A stretch of DNA of 64,000 nucleotides from Octopus vulgaris (lineage: Eukaryota). The position numbers and the translations under genes were made by a program. Numbering within the stretch: position 1 is the stretch's first letter; each line of letters starts with the position of its first letter. The notes under the pieces were generated by a model that was given only the letters and a program-made list of their open reading frames with translations, was not told where the DNA came from and ran no database searches. The DNA lies in assembly GCA_951406725.2 (NCBI GenBank), contig OX597823.1, forward strand, positions 64,418,001-64,482,000, in the 5' to 3' direction. Below, in pieces: positions 13,267 through 26,432 of this stretch.

Positions 13267-13462
13267 TAAAGCTTTAGACAAGAGGTCTTTCAGTATTTCT
13301 ATTGTCTTTTAGGTTCAAAGTTCTTCAGTGGTAGAATTGATTCATCATCCAATTTAACATGAACGTTTGGTCCTTGGAGATCTTCAGCAGAGCTCATGCT
13401 GTTGCAAGCATTTAGGTCAGGTTTCCAGTTTGACGCTCTCTTCTCCCTTCCAATTATCAGTC
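13267..13462 (-). CDS. Candidate exon of an unidentified antisense gene (frameshift or stop near its 3' end)
   Basis: Acceptor tttatttttaaatgtcttcAG, donor GTgagt. Phase-1 frame LIIGREKRASNWKPDLNACNSMSSAEDLQGPNVHVKLDDESILPLKNFEPKRQ*. One extra A in the A4 run gives ...EPKKTIEILKDLLSKAL, open to the donor. Confidence 0.45.
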
Positions 13463-13981
13463 CTGAAGACATTTAAAAATAAAGGATCATATATGATTGC
13501 CCTTTTCTTTCTTGATTATACTTGAAAATACCAAGATTTTCCCAATTTGGAACGTTGTTAGTTATTAAAGCAGTTAAGCCAATTTATAACAGATGTGTTG
13601 TTATTGCATAATTGAAACAAAGTTACATACTTAATTTTTCGAAAAAAAAAAAAATTAAATTGAAAATGATTTTAACTATATTATTTTGTCTTTGTTGGAT
13701 TCATTTATTTATATATTGGGTGATTTTGGAAATTATCATTGTAGAATTTATAGCTGATACAAAATTGAAAGGGAGCTAAATATTCTACTCCATTTTGAGA
13801 TTAATATCTGTATCTTTGGCGTCAAGCTGAATGGAGTGGTATGTGAAGAGTAGTTGTATGATTTTGTAAGTTATACATTAATAGTATGTGTGAATATATA
13901 AGTGTGTATTATATAAAATATATGTATATATGTTTGTATATACTCACATAGCACTTATACATATATACTCATATATGTAGA

Positions 13982-14233
13982 CAAGCAACTAAGCCCGGTT
14001 TCACCGGTCGGTTTGGATGATGTGGCTGTAAAACCTGCTCTGTGTAGGCATTCGATGTGTTTGGGCCCGCTTGTGTTAAAGAACAGTTTTAGAATGACTT
14101 TTTCTGTCAAAACACTAAAAATAAATGACCAACAACAACAAAAAAAAAACAACCAAGATTCAACCAAATCAAAAATAAACCCAAATACTAAGTGAACAAA
14201 GATGAACCATCTCACTTCCATTGTGCGCGCACG

Positions 14234-14264
<31 letters not shown>

Positions 14265-14433
14265 GCATTCACATACCCCTCCCTTTTACATACACACATA
14301 TATTCACTGAGTTGAAACGCTGTTTGATTTATTTTTTCAGCTTACACTACCAAGTTTGACATCACCCCTTCCTTATTCGTCTATCACCCCCTTCCTTTCT
14401 CATTCATGGACACAAGAGTATTATTATAGTAGA
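13982..14433 (-). mobile_element. Non-autonomous Helitron
   Basis: Minus strand starts A|TCtactataat, has a subterminal hairpin CCGG-tgaaa-CCGG and ends CTTG|T. Internal (CA)n. Confidence 0.6.
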
Positions 14434-14674
14434 TTATTTCGGTAACCATGGGAACTATGAAAAATTACAAAATCCAGCATCACCACCAGATCGTTCTACA
14501 CAGCCATGTAAATTTTCGTGCAATTTCACCTAGCCATTTGACCGTTAATCCTAAGACAAGAAAGAATTGTCCATGTCAAATTTATATGTATAAATATGCG
14601 TATACATACATACATACCATACAAATATATATGCAGACATACATATATATATATTATGTATATGTATGTATGTA

Positions 14675-14714
<40 letters not shown>

Positions 14715-15325
14715 TTTATGTATGTAAGTATGTATGTATGTTTATATAAGTGCTTGTCAAGTATATTTATCTATTATCTATGTATCTGTCTGTCTTTCTC
14801 TCTATATATATATGTATATATGTATGTATATGTATATATTTGTGTCCATGTGTGCATGTGTGAATATTTGAGGTTAAGTGCACTTTTGAACCACACAACC
14901 ATGCATGCACTTAAGCATCATATTAACCAGCTGATGCTTAACAACAGTGTGTTTGTTTCATTGTCTTCTTAAAAGGCTAGACAAAATTTCTAATGGAACT
15001 AGAGCAGCACAGATAGTGAATAATTACATGACAATAGGTTAAGAGGGAAGATGATTTCAGTCATGTGGGTATTTGTATGTTCTAAGCTATGGTAGTAAGT
15101 TTGGGACAGGGGTTGAATAATGAGAAAATTTAAGTGGAAGGGATATAGACAAAGGAAGGAAAAGATGGAGAAGAGAAAGAGAAGGGATATCAACAGGGTC
15201 AATGTAGATTAATTGGTTGAATCCAGAAGCCTATGGGGAAATATTAAAAGTAACAATTATGTATAGACAGTGAAGGTAATTTTGTTTTGAGTTTAGTATG
15301 TGAAATCACATAATTATGTTGCTAC

Positions 15326-15735
15326 AGGTGCAGAAGTGGCTGTGTGGTAAGTAGCTTGCTTACCAACCATATGGTTCTGGGTTCATTCCCACTGCGTGGC
15401 ACCTTGGGCAAGTGTCTTCTACTATAACCTCGGGTCGACCAAAGCCTTGTGAGTGGATTTGGTAGACGGAAACTGAAAGAAGCCAATTGTATATATGTAC
15501 ATATATGTATGTATGTGTATATGTTTGTGTGTCTCAGTTTGTTCCCCCAACATCGCTTGACAACCAATGCTGGTGTGCTTACGTCCCTGTAACTTAGCGT
15601 TTCGGCAAAAGATACCAATAGAATAAGTACTAGGCTTACAAAGAATAAGTCTTGAGGCTGATTTGCTCGACTAAAGGCAGTGCTTCAGGATGGCCACAGT
15701 CAAATGACTGAAATAAGTACAAGACTAAAAGAAAA
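15326..15735 (+). mobile_element. tRNA-derived SINE family A, near full length (other copies ~470-680+, 4540-4695-, 9550-9965-, 25680-25855-, 35980-36366-, 47515-47842-, 54820-55100-, 56890-57330-)
   Basis: A/B-box-like head (gtggctgtgtggtaag...gggttcattccc), internal (TA/TG)n and an A-rich tail. Many near-identical copies in the window. Confidence 0.85.
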
Positions 15736-15990
15736 GAAAAGAATAAATAAAAATAGAATAGGTAAATATAATAATTGTTTCTGATAGAGGCACAAGGTCA
15801 GCAATTTTTAAGGAAGAGATTATTCAATACCATTCATCCAGTTACTTGACCGGTACTTTATTTTATCAAACCTTGAGGGATGAAAAGCAAAGTTAATCTC
15901 TACAGGATTTGACCTCAAAGCATAAAACAATCAAAAGAGATGCTACATCAATGATTCTGTCAGTTCACTTCCATAATAATTAAATTCTAA

Positions 15991-15991
<1 letters not shown>

Positions 15992-16033
<42 letters not shown>

Positions 16034-16419
16034 CTGAAGTTGTCTGTGTGTGTGTGGCAGGTTTGGTAGCCTTCAACTAACACTATCTCCTCTGAGACCT
16101 TGTGGCGCAAGTTGACCAAAATTGAGAGTATGATAGAAGAAGGCTTGCTCTTCATTCTGTAGAAAAAAAAAATTCAAATCGGACCATGTTAAGACCAAAA
16201 ATTATTTACATCAAGAAGGTGCTTTTTTTCTATGAAAATACCTATTTTTTACGATATTTTGACTGCTGTGTCGCCATTTTTCGGTGTATTTTAACCAGAA
16301 AAATGTTCACTTAAAGAGAATAACAAGCTACATAATGCAAAATTTTTACTTTTCAAAAATTCCAATTCTAAAGGGTCAAAAAGAAAACAAACCTGAGCAA
16401 TGCCGGGCTATACTGCTAG
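15992..16419 (+). mobile_element. Non-autonomous Helitron
   Basis: 3' end cctgagcaatgccgggctatactgCTAG|T, nearly identical to the end of the 60425-60815 element. The 5' end is blurred by (TA)n. Confidence 0.65.
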
Positions 16420-17519
16420 TATGTGATAAATATAATAAAACAATTCTGTATGTCTAATATGAGGAATGTATTATAATATGTATACTGTTGTATTAGTCAA
16501 GTTTGTGTTCTCATCTTGATTGTTGCTTTCACTATGTTTTGGCTGTTGTATGCTTCAGCCTTCTTCAGGTACCTTGTGTCAAATTTTGTTGCTTTATTGG
16601 AATTTTGACCCTAACTCTTTATTTGGTCCACAGTGGCAGCTGTCCTCATTCGGCTCTCAGCATTTCATGACATTTCTTGCTTCAGCTGATTTTTTTTGTA
16701 AATTCCCCTTAGTGCCTTGCCTGGGCTAGAGCATAAAACCTACAGATGACTGCATTGCACTAACCAACGCATTTTTCCACTACACTATACCAGTCCAACT
16801 AATGTACACACTGTACAAAATCTAAAATCTAAAAAAAAAACTATCTAATAATAAATATGATAACGATAAAATACTACTACACAAACAGTTAATATAATAT
16901 TTTCAACAATAGTAATAAAGTCCACATTTACTGAACACATATGTTTATATGTGAAAATACATGCGTATATATGCTTATGTTCATACAAATATTTATACAT
17001 ACTTATAATAATTTACATGGGTATATGCATATATATATATTATGAAAATTATATACATATATATAGATATATATATATATATGTAAAATATATATATATA
17101 TATATATGCATAATATCACATTCTTCTTTTGAACAATTTTATTTGTTGTGTAACTGTAATTCTTCTGTGGCGCACAAGGAAAATATCCTGAAAACATTTA
17201 CATCTATTATTACCTAGTTTATGTTTATATCTATGTTTTCCCCCCATTAGATTCCAAATGTGCTTTGATAAAGCTGTTGCATCCCTCCTGTATATATTTC
17301 AGAATGTGTGTGTAGGTTTCATGTATCTGTTTTTTTTTAATGTTTCATATGGGTTTGTTGCTTTGATATAGTTTTTATTATTTTTCTATCTTATAATATG
17401 GTTACCTTTTAGATCACTATTTTCAAAGTGATTTCCACTTAATGAGCAACATTGTTTTGATATGTTCCAGTTACATCTATCAAAACCAGCTTACATGTTG
17501 TAAATCTCTGATATAACAC

Positions 17520-17825
17520 TAAATCGAACCACTAGAAAACATTATTCTTATATATATAAAAAAAAAATTGTGTTACTATATGTATAAACAATGATTCCAA
17601 GTCCCCGCTTTTCAATAATAAAAAATCTTGGCAGTCACATCAACCAGAGAATTTCCACAATTTCCTCTGGCAAGTCCATATCCAGCTATGTATCACAATT
17701 CTATTGCGGGTCCCTAAAAGTGAGTTTCCTCATGCTTAAAGCATATAATCTAATCCCAAACCAAAGAACAAGGAAAAAAGGTAAAAAACATCATGAGATT
17801 CAACACACTCTTCAAAATAAATTGG
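17520..17825 (+). mobile_element. Penelope-like element fragment (RT thumb/linker region)
   Basis: SIIKNLGSHINQRISTISS resembles the PLE HP..IIK....I..RIS..SS motif. Decayed. Confidence 0.5.
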
Positions 17826-18715
17826 ATTGGCAAATAAAAGTAATCATTATTACTGATGTTGTTGCTAAGGTGATGAGCTGGCAGAAAGGTGGCGAGCTGG
17901 CAGAATCGTTAGTACGCTGGGTGAAATGCTTAGCAGTATTTCGTCTGCTGTTACGTTCTGGGTTCAAATTCCGCCGAGGTCGACTTTTCCTTTCATCTTT
18001 TCAGGGTCGATAAATTATGTACCAGTTACTCACTGGGGTCGATGTAATTGTTTGTCCCCTCTATGCTTAGCCCCTTGTCGGCAATAAAGAAATAAGAATC
18101 ATTAGCACACTGGGCAAAATGCTTAAGTAGCATTTCTTCCATCTCTACCTACTGAGTTGAAATTCTTCCACGGTCCAATTTGAATTTCATCTTTTAGGAG
18201 TTGAGGAAATAAATGCTAGTTGAGCACTGAAGTCAATGTAATTGACTAGCTCCCTCCCACAAAATTTCAGTCATATATTGTAGTGAAAGGAGACTAGAAT
18301 CTGAAAACTAAGACTCCATTAAATATGTAATATTTCAGTTTTGAAAGAGTTTTAGAAGAATCAAGTATTTTCTGGTGAGAAGATTTTTCCTTGGACATAG
18401 TACCAATCAGAACACATTGTAGTTCTGATGGTTTTGGGTTTCATGGTATTTAAACGCAGTGTTTAAGAGTGCCATTTGATATTATTCCCAAAGCTCTGAT
18501 TATCACAGGTGCAGCTGTCATTCTTAGATGCCACATTTTGGAAACCTCTCTTTCAAGGCCCTTTTATTTATTTAACTTTTAAAATGTTTTTTACAGAAGT
18601 TCTGCTGTTGGCTGTAATTGGCATATCTATTGTTGCTGTTATTATTGTGGTTGAGTGCCAAAATTTAAAGCCATCATCATCATCATCATCATCATTCTTC
18701 TTCTGCTTTTACTTT

Positions 18716-19950
18716 TAATCTGCATGTTTGTTACAATCACTCGCTGAAAAACACCCAGCCTCCAAGGGAGAGTCAAGCATAAGAGATGTTACAGTATTAC
18801 TGAAAGTTTGGGGATGAGAAGTGGCAGGGGCAGTAGCAAAATATCTTCATGTAATACAGTACATCCGTTTAAATTGATAGGGTTTTTCTAAAGATGCAGG
18901 CAGTACTTGTCAGCACAATTTTCTGGATTTCTCTGAGGCAGGGTTCCTCTGGGATATCATTTAGATGTTTCTGACATCCATTTCTTATCATACCTAGGGC
19001 ACTCACAATATCAGGAACAGATCTTGCTTTAAAATGCCATATCTTTTGTATTTCAATTTACAGGTCCTTATATTTACTTAATTTGTCAAATTCCTTTACA
19101 GATATATTTTTATCAGTAGGAACACTTACATGTATTAGTCTACAAGTATTTTATTTCTCATCTTTAATGACTATGTCTGGTTGATTAGCCTGGATTGTTC
19201 TGTCAGTGTTGACTGGAAAATTCCATTTTTACCTTCAACGACTGGCTTACGATGATGTTCATACTGGTAAGCAGGAGTGCTGCTTTTGTAGTATTTACAT
19301 ATTTTCCAACATAAATCCTGTCCTGCCCTATTGTGGCTATTTTTGTATTCGTTTGGTAGCACAGGATATTTCAAGACAAGATGATCTATTGTTTCCTCAA
19401 ATGTGTCACAGAATCTGCATTTAGAGTCAGAGCAGTTTTGAAGAACGTTAGCCTGGTCATTTTTGGTAAGCAAGCTTTGGTTTTGTACTGCTAATATGAA
19501 ACCTTCAGTCTCTACTTTCAGTTCTGAGCTTCTCGGCCACTGGCTGGTTGTTGCTTGGTCTACATCAGCATTTTGGCTTTGAAATACATATTGTTGATGC
19601 AGAAGTTTCTGGCTCCATCACTCCTCAATTTGCTTCTGCTTGTTTTATTTGTGCAGTCTATTTCATTCAATTTGCTTGTTTTGTGGCAGTGGTTTCAGGT
19701 TCTTCATCTAGTTCAGAGTTAATACCAAGTTCCTTTGCAAATTTGCAAGCTACCTTGACAATAGAATGTATATTTTTGCTGCTTTCATATTTGTACACAA
19801 GCTGCAGCATCCAATCCTCTGTACTAGATAAGTATCTGTTCATTACTATTGTGGAGGTATTATAGCACAGTTCTACCTGTATCATTCCTCTACCCTAATT
19901 ACGTCTAGGTAGTTACAGATGATCAACATCTGCTTTTGGGTGGTGTCTTA
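18716..19950 (-). mobile_element. RLE-type non-LTR retrotransposon (R4/CRE-like) 3' fragment
   Basis: CRFCDTFEETIDHLV zinc knuckle, HNR motif and PD-D endonuclease region in broken frames. Confidence 0.8.
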
Positions 19951-19974
19951 TTATCATTATTATTATTATTTACT

Positions 19975-20562
19975 TTTAATCTGCATGTTTGTTACAATCA
20001 CTCGCCGAGACACACCCAGTGTCCTTGCACAAGTGAAGGATTAGAGATGTTACCATATGACTGAAAGCTTAGGGAGGGCAAGTGACAGGGGCAGTAGCAA
20101 AATATCTTCATGTAATACAACATATACATTTAAATTGATAGGGTTTTCCAAAGGATGTGGGCAGTACTTGTCAGCACAATCTTTTATATTTCTCTGAGAC
20201 ATGGTTCTCCTGGGATCTTATCTAGCTGTTTCTGAGATCTCTTTCTTATCATTCCTAGGGCAGCCACAATAACAGGAACAGTTCTCGTTTTGAGATGCTA
20301 CATCTTTTGTATTTCAATTTCCAGGTCCTTATATTTATTTAACTTATGAAATTCCTTTACAGATATATTTTTATCAGTAGGAACACTTACATCCATTAGT
20401 CTATAAGTATTTTCTTCTCTGTCTTTAATGACTATGTCTGGTCGATTAGTCTGGAAAATCTCATAGGATACTAACATTTTTACTTTCAATGACTAACTCA
20501 GGATGATTTTGTAGTGTTTACATATTTTCCAATGTAGATACTGTCCTACCCTATCATGGTGA
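19975..20562 (-). mobile_element. Second related RLE non-LTR 3' fragment
   Basis: HHDRVGQYLHWKICKHY and NRPDIVIKD...MDVSVPTDKNISVKE..K..KYKDLEIEI. Its 3' UTR is similar to that of the 18716 copy. Confidence 0.8.
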
Positions 20563-20969
20563 TCCTCCTCCTCCTCTTCCTCCTCTTCTCCTTCCTCCAC
20601 TTCTTCCTCCTCTTCTTCCTCCTCTTCTTCCTCTTCTTCCTCCTCTTCTTCCTCCTCTTCTTTCTCCTCTTCTTCCTCTTCTTCCTCTTCCTCCTCTGCT
20701 TCCTCCTCTTCCTCCTCTGCTTCCTCTTCTTCCTCCCCTTCCTCTTCTTCCTCCTCTTCCTCCTCCTCTTCCTCCTCTTCTTCCTCCTCTCCTTCCTCCT
20801 CTTCCTCCACTTCTTCTTCCTCCTTCTCCTCGTCCTCTTCTTCTTCTTCTTCTCCTTCTCCTTCCTCCTCTTCCCCCTCCTCTTCCTCCTCTTCCCCCTC
20901 TTCCTCCTCTTCTTCTTCTTCTTCTTCTTCTTCTTCCTCCTCTTCTTCCTCTTCTTCCTCTTCTTCTCT

Positions 20970-21002
<33 letters not shown>

Positions 21003-21148
21003 CCCTCCGCTTCCTCCTCTTCTTCTTCTTCTTCTTCTTCTACCTCCTCCTCCTTCCCTTCCTCCTCTCTTCTTCTTCTTCTTCTTCTTCTTCTTCTTCT
21101 TCTACCTCCTCCTCCTTCCCTTCCTCCTCCTCCTCTTCCTCTTCTTCT

Positions 21149-21180
<32 letters not shown>

Positions 21181-21380
21181 TTCTACCTCCTCCTCCTTCT
21201 TCTTCCTCCTCCTCTTCTTCTTCTTCTTCTTCTTCTTCTTCTTCTTCTTCTTCTTCTTCTTCTTCTACCTCCTCCTCCTTCCCTTCCTCCTCCTCCTCTT
21301 CTTCTTCTTCTTCTTCTTCTCCTTCCTCCTCCTCCCTCCTCCTCTTCTTCCTCCTCCTCCTCCTCCTCCTCCTCCTCATT
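20563..21380. repeat. ~800-bp (CTT/CCT)n pure-pyrimidine tract
   Basis: Almost only C and T on the + strand. It lies between two RLE LINE fragments. Confidence 0.95.
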
Positions 21381-21389
21381 ATTTTTATT

Positions 21390-22010
21390 ATTATTCAGTG
21401 GTCTTATTTTTATAACATGCTTTCACTGCACTACTGAGCACAGCTCTGTGTGCCTTGGGTATGTGCTGTGGTTTGCTGTGATGCTCTTATGTGTGCAGTG
21501 CCTAGTAGTACTATTTTCTATATGTTATATATATTTGTTAGTCCTGATGTTTTTGTAATGTATTTGTCTGAATATTTCTTAATCATACTTAATGCGCCTA
21601 CTATGATAGGAATTGTTTCTGTTTTTAGACTCCACATTCTAGTTTCTTCTATTTCCAGGTCTTTGAATTTTGTAAGTTTCTCCATTTCTTTTAGAGAAAC
21701 GTTGTCATCTGTTGGTATTGATACATTAATTAAAAAGCAATTTTTTTTCTTCATGATCTCTTGACAACTATATCTGGCCTATTGGCCTTAATTTCTCTGT
21801 CTGTGTTTATTGGCATATCCCAGAGTATGGTTGCTTTCTCAATTTCTGTGACCTTTTCCGGCGTATGCTTATACCATCTTTTTTCTGTTGTTATTCTATA
21901 GTGTTGGCATAGCTTCCAGTGTACGTAGGTCCCAACTCTGTTGTGTCGGTGAATATATTCATTCTTAACCAGGACTGGGCAGCCAGAGACAATATGATTT
22001 ATTCTGCAGT
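21390..22010 (-). mobile_element. Third RLE non-LTR 3' fragment
   Basis: INHIVSGCPVL...YIHRHNRVG..VHWKLC...ILWDMPINTDREIKANRPDIVV and KFKDLEIE..RMW.LKT.TIPIIVGAL. Confidence 0.85.
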
Positions 22011-22025
22011 TACTTGTTGTTGTTG

Positions 22026-22113
<88 letters not shown>

Positions 22114-22192
22114 CATTATTATGTGATATGTGTTATTGCTGGTCTGTGCATGTGATATATTGGAATATAATGAAATATTATTTGTTTCTCAG

Positions 22193-22321
22193 GAGCCAAT
22201 ATTTCTGGATGTTTTGGGAACATGCCACAGTGCTCAGGTCAAGCCATACTTCTTAGCATATAAACACATAAGAAGTTATCAGTACAAGGTCAGACAAGGT
22301 TTTGGAGCATATCCACCTGAT
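22193..22321 (+). CDS. CFAP65: CFAP65/CCDC108-like coding exon (43 codons, phase 0-0)
   Basis: Acceptor tttgtttctcAG, donor GTaagt. Translates EPIFLDVLGTCHSAQVKPYFLAYKHIRSYQYKVRQGFGAYPPD, matching from memory the CFAP65 segment DPLFLDLMGTCHS..KP.L...HL..Y......G...YPPD. Confidence 0.9.
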
Positions 22322-22414
22322 GTAAGTATCTATTTTTGTTAAATTGATCTTTTTTTGTTTGTCACGATAGATGACTACCATTTTTCTGGCATACATGGAA
22401 ATTTAATAGTTCAT

Positions 22415-22455
<41 letters not shown>

Positions 22456-24734
22456 TGTTTAGCATCCACTTTCCATGCTAGCATGGGTTGGACGATTTGA
22501 CTGAGGTCTGGCGAACCAGATTGCTGCACCAGACTCCAATCTGATCTGGCAGAGTTTCTACAACTGGATGCCCTTCCTAATGCCAAATAGTAGTGTAAAA
22601 CTTAAAACATTGTCATTACCATTCCAAATCCTGCTGCATCACATATAGTGATTTTGGTTCTCCAAAGTCATCTTAGTGCTTAAGTTGACCTACCTATTTT
22701 GACTGTAAGCTTTGATCTGAAAAATTCAACTTGTATGCCAGAAAATATGGTAGCCAGTTCCAAACTGAGAAGGGGTGGGTGTAGAAGGGTGATAGCAGTG
22801 TGAGTAATTTCTATGCTTAATCTTTCCTAACCATAATATCAACCCTCTGGAATTTTCTCACTGCACATACCATTCTGGCAGATGTTGACCTGCAAGTGTT
22901 TAAATGGGACATTACCGACATTTTTTGTTGTGCAAGACATTTGGTGACCCTATTGGTGCTAGTGCCACATAAAAAAGCACTGGTACTGGTGCCATGTAAA
23001 AAGACCACATGAAGACAACTAGTGATGGTACTTCATAAAAAGCAGCTGTACTAGTGCCATTTAAAAAGACAGTGCTGGTGCCACATGAAAAGTACTGATG
23101 TCAGTGCCACATAAAAAGTACCTATTGCACTTTGTAAAGTGGTTGGTGTTAGGAAGGGCATTCAGCTGTTGAAACCATGCCCAAACAGACAAAGGAACCT
23201 AGTGTGGCTCCTGGCCTTGCCAGCTCCTTTCAAACCATCCAGCCCATGCCAGCATGGAAAATGGACGTTAAATGACGATGATGATGATGATGATGAAGAA
23301 GTTCATCAGTCTCAGATGACCTGCAATGGTCATGGGTACAGCTTCTTCTTTCAGAATTAGCAAGTTAAAAAAAAAAAAAACTAAAATGGTGAATTAATTA
23401 GATTGTTAGATGATAATTAATTAGATGATATACCTTCTGATATTTGGAATTTTTTTTTTTGTTTTTTTGCAGGTATTAATAAATTCTTTGTAGTAGATTT
23501 AATAATTAACCTATTTCCCGATTTCACAGCATCATATGACAGTGTGGTTGCCTCACCAGAGTTCACCTTGTTGCTTAGCATTTGAACTAGGAATCTGTCT
23601 GGTTAGAAGACAATGTTCTCTCTTTCTCACTTCCCGCCACATACATTTTTGGGGGCTCTGAAAAAAAATTAACAATCATGTGTACTGCCCATCTCTCTCT
23701 GACTAATTGGTAGAAAATAATGGAAAAACTGAGTGATTACATCTCATTCTTCTAGTAGAATGTTAGACTACCAAGATTGTAAATGCAATTTATTTACAAG
23801 AATCCACCAAAAATAAATAAGATCTTGCAATTCATGGTAGCTAAAAAAGATTTGAAAGAAACACTGTTCTTTGTCTCTACTTATTTATTCCTTCTTTTTC
23901 CTTTTTTTTAAAATTTTATTTTGTTTTATGTGTTCATTATTTTTGTATCGTATTTTATATACAGAATATTATGTGCCATTCTCAGACTGTCATAGGTAAC
24001 CAGCATTGCAAGCATGCTTAAATTGATTAAATAAATAAAGTAAAAGAAATAGGGATGAAATTTTCAAGTGTTGAAGGAAAAAAGGAAAGGAAAATAAAAA
24101 AAAAAAATTGAATATATATAACCAATACTTCATCCAAAGATTTTGTGTAATTCTGTTACTAAATTTGGTCTATTTCATTAACATCTCATACCTACATTTC
24201 TTATATTGGTTCGTTGTCATCATTTCTGTCTGGTGGCCATTTCTATTCAGCTGTTGAACATCATATGACAAATTATTGTTTTCTGACATTGCTAACAAGA
24301 AAAGCAATCAGACAAATTCAGACAGGAAATTGCCATTCTCTCTGCTTGGTTTCTGCTGAAAATTAAAGAAAAAAAAAAAAAAAAAAAAAGTCAGAAACAA
24401 ACAAGACAAAAACAGCAAAAACAAAATTGAAATAAATATCTGAGATGGAATGAAATAAATCCTAAATGTATTAGATTCATTATTTTATTATTTATTGTCT
24501 ATGTTTGTGCCGATGCTACAGGTTCCCAATGGAACAAGCACTGGTTCGTCGTATTCCTTATGGTGACCGTAGTGATAGAGTGTGTACAATTTGATGCAGA
24601 ACAAATATTGCAAAGAATTCAATTTGAAAAGCATCCAGCATTTTGTTTACATGATCCTTTCGTGAAAGACATATATACATACATATATATATACATAAAC
24701 TTAAAGAAACTTGTCATGTATATTATATATGTTT

Positions 24735-25432
<698 letters not shown>

Positions 25433-25854
25433 CACACACACACATATATATATATATACACACACACACACATACATATATATGTGTATATATATGCACA
25501 CATATCATATGTATATATATATATGTATAGATATATATAAATATATATATATACACACACACATGCACATGCACATATACAAACACACACATTCATATAT
25601 ACAAATGATTTATATATATACATATGTATATATGTACACATACCTGTATGCATATTAGCCATGTAGGTAATTTTTATATTCTTTTATTCTTTTATTTGTA
25701 TCAGTCATCTGACTGCAGCCATGCTGGAGCACTGTCGTTAGTCGAACAAATTGCCCCCAGGACTTATTCTTTGTAAACCTAGTACTTACTCTATCAGTCT
25801 CTTTTGCTGAACCACTAAGTTACAGGGATGTAAACATACCAACATCGGTTGTCA

Positions 25855-25994
25855 AGCATAAAAGTTCACAGTTCAACTTTCTGATGTTGTAGAAAAAAGT
25901 CCATACGTCCTTAGGTGCAATCCTGTGTAGATCTACACAGGATTGCATTTAAGTCCAACAACATCCGAAAGTTGAAGTGTGAACTTTTATGCTT
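25855..25994. repeat. Inverted repeat with a perfect palindromic core
   Basis: aagcataaaagttcaca.../...tgtgaacttttatgctt around tgcaatcctgtgtagatctacacaggattgca. Confidence 0.9.
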
Positions 25995-26087
25995 CTTTTT
26001 TCTTCTGTCTCTTCATCTCCTTATGTTTTAATCCTGTCCTGTATGTCATCATTTTATTGACCTATACCCTTCTTGTTTTCCCTATTT

Positions 26088-26143
26088 GTCTCTGATGACA
26101 GAATATCCCATACTCTGGGATATCCCCAAAACAGCTGTAAGAC
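26088..26143 (+). ncRNA. Degenerate hammerhead motif (GAAA changed to AAAA)
   Basis: GTCT-CTGATGA-..atatccca/tgggatat..-aAAAC-AGCTGT-A-AGAC. Confidence 0.55.
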
Positions 26144-26367
26144 TTTGAATTTTTTCCAATAATAATAATAATAATGTATATGACTAGAAATGCTTACCTT
26201 GCCTTAACGTTTGTTGTCCTCTTTAACAATTATATATCCGCTATATCGGAAATCTTCAATGGCTCCATAACTACCGTCTTGGCAACAACTTTGGAGTAAT
26301 CCATTACAGCACTTACCTAGTGTACCTTACCGTTTAGATCACCTGTGAACTAAACCCCCATATTTTG

Positions 26368-26432
<65 letters not shown>

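Noticed and set aside
15326-15410. tRNA genes at SINE heads (also 30311, 40567)
   Set aside because: Only A/B-box similarity, continuing into SINE bodies. No complete cloverleaf.
20493-21437. Poly-Glu/Arg/Lys ORFs resembling the Glu-rich C-terminus of CFAP65
   Set aside because: Wrong strand and position for CFAP65. A simple (GAA/GAG)n tract between LINE fragments.
24522-24600. Acceptor followed by SQWNKHWFVV (PH-domain-like) or FPMEQALVRRIPYG
   Set aside because: No convincing donor or continuation, and it does not fit the CFAP65 colinearity.
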